From a virus: a stretch of 64,000 nt of DNA. Position 1 is the stretch's first letter. Every line of letters begins with the position of its first letter. The position numbers and the translations under genes were made by a program. Below the pieces are notes generated by a model that was not told the origin of the DNA, did no database searches, and worked only from the letters and a program-made list of their open reading frames with translations. Below are positions 58,795-64,000 of the stretch, one piece after another. The stretch lies in UHGV virus genome UHGV-1366603. One strand, written 5' to 3'.

Positions 58795-59607
58795 TTAAGA
58801 TTTGAAACGACCGCCAGACATGTAGTTGTAACGGTTGCCTGCGTCGTCGTTGTGAACCATCGCACGCTGTAGACGTGGTAGGTTGTCGTTGAACATTTCC
58901 CCGGCGTCGGAATAGCCCTCGATAACGTTTTTAAACGCCCCGAACTCCATACCGTTTTCAAGATGACCTGAATCCATATCGAAAATCATTTTGTTGTAGA
59001 TGACCTGTTTAGTGGCGTACAGTGCCATATCTGCAACTACCGGATAGAAGGCCGGTTTGATTTCGTTTAAGTCATCAGACAGTGCAAACTTAACTTGAAG
59101 CTTAGTTGCGTAGACGAACATCCCAGGGTCTTTGATTTTGATGGTGTTCGGTCCAAGTTTCTTAACTTCGGGTGAGGAAATACGTGGCATTGCCGATTGA
59201 CTATCCACTACTTGTTGCGTGGAGGCCAGTACCCCTGAAGTTGCCCCGTCTAAATAAGACCCTGCTGGGGGTAAGGTGTACGCTTGTCCTGCCACTGGTG
59301 TTACGGCGATATGGACGTCCAGTATCGGTCTACCCCCGGTTTTAATGTCATCCAGGTAATAGATACGTGAGTAGTAATCCTGGGTGTCGTTCTCAAAAGG
59401 TAAACCTTGGAGGTCGATTTCGGTGTATTGACCTAGACGGGAAACTTCCGGGATGAGGTATTCTTTAAATACCTTTTCAGTAATCTCGTTATCCAGGGAT
59501 GACGCAACACCATAGTAGCGAAGATTTTTAGGTACAAACGCAGCGCGAAGAATCGGTTCTGGAATCTCTCGACGTATTCTCCGTAGACAGTAGTCGATGA
59601 CACTCAT
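58795..59607 (-). CDS. hypothetical protein (270 aa)
   Basis: AGGAG RBS on minus strand. Confidence 0.5.
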   Translation of the reverse strand: MSVIDYCLRRIRREIPEPILRAAFVPKNLRYYGVASSLDNEITEKVFKEYLIPEVSRLGQYTEIDLQGLPFENDTQDYYSRIYYLDDIKTGGRPILDVHIAVTPVAGQAYTLPPAGSYLDGATSGVLASTQQVVDSQSAMPRISSPEVKKLGPNTIKIKDPGMFVYATKLQVKFALSDDLNEIKPAFYPVVADMALYATKQVIYNKMIFDMDSGHLENGMEFGAFKNVIEGYSDAGEMFNDNLPRLQRAMVHNDDAGNRYNYMSGGRFKS

Positions 59608-59726
59608 TGTGTGCTCCTGTTAGCTCTGTAAAACGGTTCATAGGATCGGGTAATGGGTAACTACGACATTACTAAAAAATACACTCCACGCCCTTCCTGT
59701 GCGCACTATACTCGAACTTTTTTTGT

Positions 59727-59745
59727 ATAGATATTATCTCTGTGA
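59727..59745 (+). promoter_or_regulatory. conserved promoter-like motif AGATATTAT-N4-GTGA
   Basis: Exact motif (59729-59737, GTGA 59742-59745) about 29 nt upstream of the 59774 start. Confidence 0.5.
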
Positions 59746-59773
59746 TGTTCCCTTAAAGGAGTATTTAAAGTTA

Positions 59774-60097
59774 ATGACGCGCGTACTTTTTGGTTTTCTG
59801 CCAGACTCTAGCCATTCAGTTCGCTATCGTCCTGAGGAAATTCTAACAGCGATGCAGGAACTGATTTATCCTGGGATACACAACCTCCCCAGCGATTGCT
59901 TAAAGATTGCAGAAAGATATTTTGGTTCGGACGCTTGGTTTATGATCGGCGCTTTAGGTCGTGACCATTCCAGTCCATTTTCTTATAAAAACGGAGTTGT
60001 GCAAACGTGGTCAAAATACACTTCAATCCAGCTACAGTTTATCATAACTTCTGGGCAGCGGTGGAAGAAACAACCTACGCTCCCGCTTTGCGGATGA
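59774..60097 (+). CDS. hypothetical small protein (107 aa), first gene of a compact small-gene block
   Basis: ATG 59774 with AAAGGAG RBS preferred over the ORF-track start. Confidence 0.5.
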   Translation: MTRVLFGFLPDSSHSVRYRPEEILTAMQELIYPGIHNLPSDCLKIAERYFGSDAWFMIGALGRDHSSPFSYKNGVVQTWSKYTSIQLQFIITSGQRWKKQPTLPLCG

Positions 60098-60636
60098 CCG
60101 TAAAGGAGAAACAGGCCGTTACTGTACAACTGATACACACTGCATTGGAGGACATTTTTTATTCTATTCCGCGAATGCCTAATACACGATTACCGGACTT
60201 TTTAGAAGACTACACAGATTCTTTTGTATTGACGAACCTTCTGGTGAACAGTGGCAAAATGAGCCCACCGAAAACGATTCAAACGCGTCGGTTACGTATT
60301 GAGCAAACCGTGTTTGGCGAAACACCCGTAGGGTTTGAACAGCGTGAAGTTTGTGTTTTACGTCCAAAGTCGTATCTATTGGGATTGGCTTTTGATGATT
60401 GTTACGATGTGTTGTTGTGTGAGGTTGAGCAATTAGTAAAGCAAGGGTTCGAAGCGGTAAACCAACCGTTTAATCCTTACCTTACGGTTGAGATAGAACC
60501 CCACTTAACACCACGCGGTCAGATTGCAATGATGGAGCTTCGTGTTGGAGAAGATATCCGATTTGTCCACTACCGCAACTGTTTCCCAGAAAAAAGATAC
60601 GATCCGAATTACCCTACTCGAACACGTGACGTATAA
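60094..60636 (+). CDS. hypothetical protein (180 aa)
   Basis: ATGA overlap with upstream stop. Confidence 0.5.
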   Translation: MTVKEKQAVTVQLIHTALEDIFYSIPRMPNTRLPDFLEDYTDSFVLTNLLVNSGKMSPPKTIQTRRLRIEQTVFGETPVGFEQREVCVLRPKSYLLGLAFDDCYDVLLCEVEQLVKQGFEAVNQPFNPYLTVEIEPHLTPRGQIAMMELRVGEDIRFVHYRNCFPEKRYDPNYPTRTRDV

Positions 60637-60976
60637 AGCGTACCAACGCATACTCGCGGACGATAGGTTGTCGTCGTATTCTGGTACAGATGCGGAACAA
60701 CTGAAGTACGTGATTCTGTCATTACTTGAGTATCTCATTCCGAACTTTACAGAGACCGGTTTATGGGATACTCATTGTGTGACCACGATAGTCAGGTCGT
60801 TTAGACCGAAATCAACGGAAGAAGATGTTCGTTTGATAACGAGTTATGTACGAAACGCGTTGTGTGAGGAAATGGGCATTCCTCCACGCGGTTGGCGTTT
60901 CTACTTTCGTTTAGACGGACACTTCCTCCGATTTATTCCAAAGAAGGTAACTGATGCCTATGACGATCTTTATTGA
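60625..60976 (+). CDS. hypothetical protein (~117 aa; start uncertain)
   Basis: No in-frame ATG near the upstream stop; GTG 60625 proposed; the open frame extends back to 60542 and overlaps the previous gene by 95 nt. Confidence 0.35.
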
Positions 60977-61358
60977 GTTTCCGTGGACAACCGCAGAGAT
61001 TCTAAAAGTAGTTAAACGGACAGCGTTTCTTCAGTACCTCGATGTGGCGGATACTGTGGACTATTATGTCGAACAGTTAGTAAGGCTGGAAGTGATGCGA
61101 CGGAAGTTCCAAATCGATAAGCGGACAGTTCAAGAGTTGTTCTTAGATATAATGAAGCGGTATCCCATCGTCGAGTTGGAGAAACCGAACAGTTACTGCC
61201 TTAATCATGTTATTGAAACTGAGCTGTTAGCCTCTAAGTCGTTATGGGCACGCTTAGAGGAAGAAGTCCCATTCTTACCGAAATCAGATTTTCTTCTGTT
61301 TCATGTAGGTGGTGGTGTGTGGCGAATGTATACTACAGGAGTGATTTATGGTGCGTGA
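60954..61358 (+). CDS. hypothetical protein (134 aa)
   Basis: AAGGT RBS. Confidence 0.5.
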   Translation: MPMTIFIEFPWTTAEILKVVKRTAFLQYLDVADTVDYYVEQLVRLEVMRRKFQIDKRTVQELFLDIMKRYPIVELEKPNSYCLNHVIETELLASKSLWARLEEEVPFLPKSDFLLFHVGGGVWRMYTTGVIYGA

Positions 61359-61857
61359 GAGCTACTTTATTATCCCGGACTATCAATTCATTTGTGGTCC
61401 ATTAACCGAATTCGATCCCAATTCGATATTGCGAGAAATCAATACCGATCTTAACGAAGTGTTAAACTATGCGATTCAGTATGGAATAACCGGGGAGTTC
61501 CCTAAGCTGGATCGTTTTGCGATACAGGGCACCATTGAGTTTATCTCTCGCGAGTTAAATGCCCAGGGGTATATCATCGAAGGTGAAAGAGCCCTCACTT
61601 ATGTGAAAGCGGTTCAGGATGTGGCCAAAGCGTACTTACTCGCGGTCTCTAGTCACCCGCATTGGTTCACCCGTTTTGGTACGTGGGTAGGCGCTCGTTA
61701 TTGTGCTAATAAGCCGGGTGCTGTGGAGTTCCTGGTTCGTTATGAACAGGTAAAATACCCCGAATTTGAGAACCCTGAGGCTATTCAAACGATGTCGGTT
61801 GGACTTCTCAGTGTTGTTGAGTTATTGCTTGGTAACCTGGCAGGGAAGATGCTCTAA
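61348..61857 (+). CDS. hypothetical protein (169 aa)
   Basis: GGAG RBS. Confidence 0.5.
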   Translation: MVRESYFIIPDYQFICGPLTEFDPNSILREINTDLNEVLNYAIQYGITGEFPKLDRFAIQGTIEFISRELNAQGYIIEGERALTYVKAVQDVAKAYLLAVSSHPHWFTRFGTWVGARYCANKPGAVEFLVRYEQVKYPEFENPEAIQTMSVGLLSVVELLLGNLAGKML

Positions 61858-62363
61858 TGAGATACTACTTTCACGTAGCACAACATGTACTTGATTACGG
61901 CAGGTTGAAGTTCTACGACGCTGTGCGCGAAGTTTTAGTGCAAGTTCTCGAAACAAGCAGGTTGACCGTATCGGAGTACGATATACGTCGACTCTATGAG
62001 GACTTTGCAACTGCGTACATTATCGGTGTGAAAAGTCGTAATCTTGAACTGTTTAAAGAAATGGTGATGACCGTTGCGTATGATGAGAATACCATCCCAG
62101 GCACTACGGTAGAAAGTATTAGCTTCCTTTCCACGCAGGGTACTGAGGACCAACATATTCTCGCAATCGGAACCGCTGCCGATATTCTCAGTCGTGAATT
62201 GGAATCACAAACAGGGTTAGCCGGACTTATTAACTCTATGTTCCCAGGTCAGTTAGAAAACTGGTCAGGTGAGTCTTTTAGCGAATTGGTGATTATCTGT
62301 TATGATACTCTATATGGAAGTTTCGGAAGTGTTCTTTCGGGACCAACTGCTTTCGCGAGTTAA
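61857..62363 (+). CDS. hypothetical protein (168 aa)
   Basis: ATGA overlap with upstream stop. Confidence 0.5.
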   Translation: MRYYFHVAQHVLDYGRLKFYDAVREVLVQVLETSRLTVSEYDIRRLYEDFATAYIIGVKSRNLELFKEMVMTVAYDENTIPGTTVESISFLSTQGTEDQHILAIGTAADILSRELESQTGLAGLINSMFPGQLENWSGESFSELVIICYDTLYGSFGSVLSGPTAFAS

Positions 62364-62364
62364 A

Positions 62365-62733
62365 ATGGCGGATCAATGTAAGGTGAAACCTGATTTGGCG
62401 TATCTGTTTCTGGCGAAGTATGCTGAGGAATCGGTACGCTCTATCGTTAAACGCATGGGCGAGGGTGAAACGTTTTTGACGTTCATCCCGCCCAACCGCT
62501 ATTTTATTCTCACCCAGTTGTCACAAATGTATCCTGAAGACGAGGTTATTATCTTTTCGCATTCTTTAATGTGGGAAGAGATTGATAAAGGCATCGACTA
62601 CCATCGTATACGTTTGTTGGTGGAGAGTTTGTGGCGAGAAAGCGGCTATACCGCAGAGGAAGGATCAAAAAGATCGAGAGTCTCTTTGTTTATGAAAGAG
62701 ATGGGAAAAGGTTTTATTCGTGTAGAGGTTTGA
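62365..62733 (+). CDS. hypothetical protein (122 aa)
   Basis: In-frame ATG 62365 just after upstream stop; weak RBS. Confidence 0.4.
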   Translation: MADQCKVKPDLAYLFLAKYAEESVRSIVKRMGEGETFLTFIPPNRYFILTQLSQMYPEDEVIIFSHSLMWEEIDKGIDYHRIRLLVESLWRESGYTAEEGSKRSRVSLFMKEMGKGFIRVEV

Positions 62734-63336
62734 ATGTATAAAGTGCGTGGCGATCACTTTGTTCAGCCGAATTTAGGTTTACTGGAATATGTTTCCGGCG
62801 GTGACTTCTATAAAGAGTTGCTGATAAAATCGATGAATTTGTTTGACCAGCTAACGATTTCATTACCTACGGATATTGAAAATCCCGATGACGTCACGCG
62901 CATTTTCAACAAATGCTTGAACGAGCGTTCCGGTACGATTAAGTTTCCTGGTAACAAGAATGAGTTAGCCAAACTCGATAAATACCTAAAAGGGTTGAAT
63001 AAGGAATATCGACAGTGGAATTTCATGTCAATGATGGAGACCTGTTATACAGATGCCGTTCTCGATGACATGAAGCCACTTTTGGAAATTTACGAGTTCT
63101 GTAAATTGCAAGGCGATTCCTCATGGGATGTTCTTCGTGAGCACGCTGTTGAGACGTTTCGTGAGGAGCTGGTCAGAATGTTTGACGAGAAATGTCGACC
63201 TGCTTTAGAACTGTTTCGTACAGCGCATAAGGGAAAAGTCTCTGGACTGGAACTTGCTATTAAAGTCTATAATCCGGGTTATGGTCAGGGTAGTTTGTTC
63301 TTGTCATTTACATTCTTGATTAAAATGAAAGGGTGA
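62734..63336 (+). CDS. hypothetical protein (200 aa)
   Basis: GAGGT RBS. Confidence 0.5.
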   Translation: MYKVRGDHFVQPNLGLLEYVSGGDFYKELLIKSMNLFDQLTISLPTDIENPDDVTRIFNKCLNERSGTIKFPGNKNELAKLDKYLKGLNKEYRQWNFMSMMETCYTDAVLDDMKPLLEIYEFCKLQGDSSWDVLREHAVETFREELVRMFDEKCRPALELFRTAHKGKVSGLELAIKVYNPGYGQGSLFLSFTFLIKMKG

Positions 63337-63339
63337 AAA

Positions 63340-63753
63340 ATGTACGACTTCAGTAATATCGAACCGGGTTCAATTGTAAACATCGTTTACGATACCCCGT
63401 TACGTGGTAACGAAACGCGAGTCCGTGTACTCGCGTCAAAAGTGGGTTATGAGCTCGCTAAAAACTCAGGCGAAGATTTAGCCGCTATCCAGAAAAACAT
63501 TTACTCGTCTTTGGTTGGACAACCGGTTAACGATTTGACCGCGTACAACTACATGTTGTTTAAGGACTCCAGTAACCGCATCGGCGTCACTGCTGATGCA
63601 TGGGTACGTGAAGTTCGTGTAGTACAAAGTCTCACCGCACGGTTTGTGGTTCAGTTGGACAACAAACAAGAAAAAGACGATCTGGTAGCAGCACTCAATG
63701 CGCGCGGATTCAATGACGTCGAAATTGAAATCATTGAAAACGAAGCCGGTTAA
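63340..63753 (+). CDS. hypothetical protein (137 aa)
   Basis: AAAGGG RBS; terminator follows. Confidence 0.5.
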   Translation: MYDFSNIEPGSIVNIVYDTPLRGNETRVRVLASKVGYELAKNSGEDLAAIQKNIYSSLVGQPVNDLTAYNYMLFKDSSNRIGVTADAWVREVRVVQSLTARFVVQLDNKQEKDDLVAALNARGFNDVEIEIIENEAG

Positions 63754-63760
63754 AGTTAAG

Positions 63761-63800
63761 ACCCTCTCTTCGGAGAGGGTTTATTTTTTTTTCTTTTTTC
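63761..63800 (+). terminator. intrinsic terminator
   Basis: ACCCTCTC-TTCG-GAGAGGGT followed by a long T-run. Confidence 0.7.
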
Positions 63801-63854
63801 ACGTTACCTGCCATCCTTATAGCCGAGTTAAACTGCCTTTTTCGAGGACAGCCG

Positions 63855-64000
63855 TGGAATACAATTCTCCTTTTCGTTTATCGGTAGACGAGTACCATCG
63901 CGATATCGATATTAACGATGCTTATCGTGAACAGGTTGCGCTATACATTCACAACGTAACCGCACAAAAATACCCTTTGGAATTATGTCGTAAAGAAGTT
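63855..64000 (+). CDS. 5' end of a CDS continuing beyond the window (partial)
   Basis: GTG with GAGG RBS; frame stays open to the window edge. Confidence 0.3.

Noticed and set aside
1-64000. CRISPR arrays, integrase or transposase genes, rRNA genes
   Set aside because: No regularly spaced direct repeats of 25-40 bp, no recombinase or transposase motifs, and no rRNA-like sequence were seen on reading the window.

Overview
This 64-kb window reads as a segment of a large, phiKZ-like (jumbo) virulent phage genome, probably infecting an enterobacterium. The evidence is a ~2,378-aa virion-type protein with a lytic transglycosylase (SLT) domain, divergently adjacent to genes for a split multisubunit RNA polymerase (a beta-prime N-terminal fragment with a DYDGD catalytic motif, then a beta-like protein). 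It also carries a T4-type large terminase, a candidate sheath/tube gene pair, and a nucleotide-metabolism set (ThyA, MazG-like, HAD nucleotidase-like, HD-domain, UvsX/RecA-like). About 68 tightly packed CDS are called, most of unknown function; starts were refined by RBS and ATGA/TGATG overlaps. All homology calls are from motifs read by eye, with no database search or computation. The strongest hunt results are: (1) a strictly conserved promoter-like motif AGATATTAT-N4-GTGA upstream of four genes, plus one variant; (2) a ~1.7-kb gene-free region with a near-pure AT tract flanked by 11 GATC sites, palindromes and G/C tracts (candidate origin or packaging/terminal region), followed by a GC-rich structured segment; (3) an orphan HslV-like peptidase next to a tRNA-like gene and hairpin cluster; (4) a tandem paralogous gene pair; (5) three translationally coupled micro-ORFs; (6) a host-like ThyA with two insertions; (7) a family of near-identical terminator hairpins.
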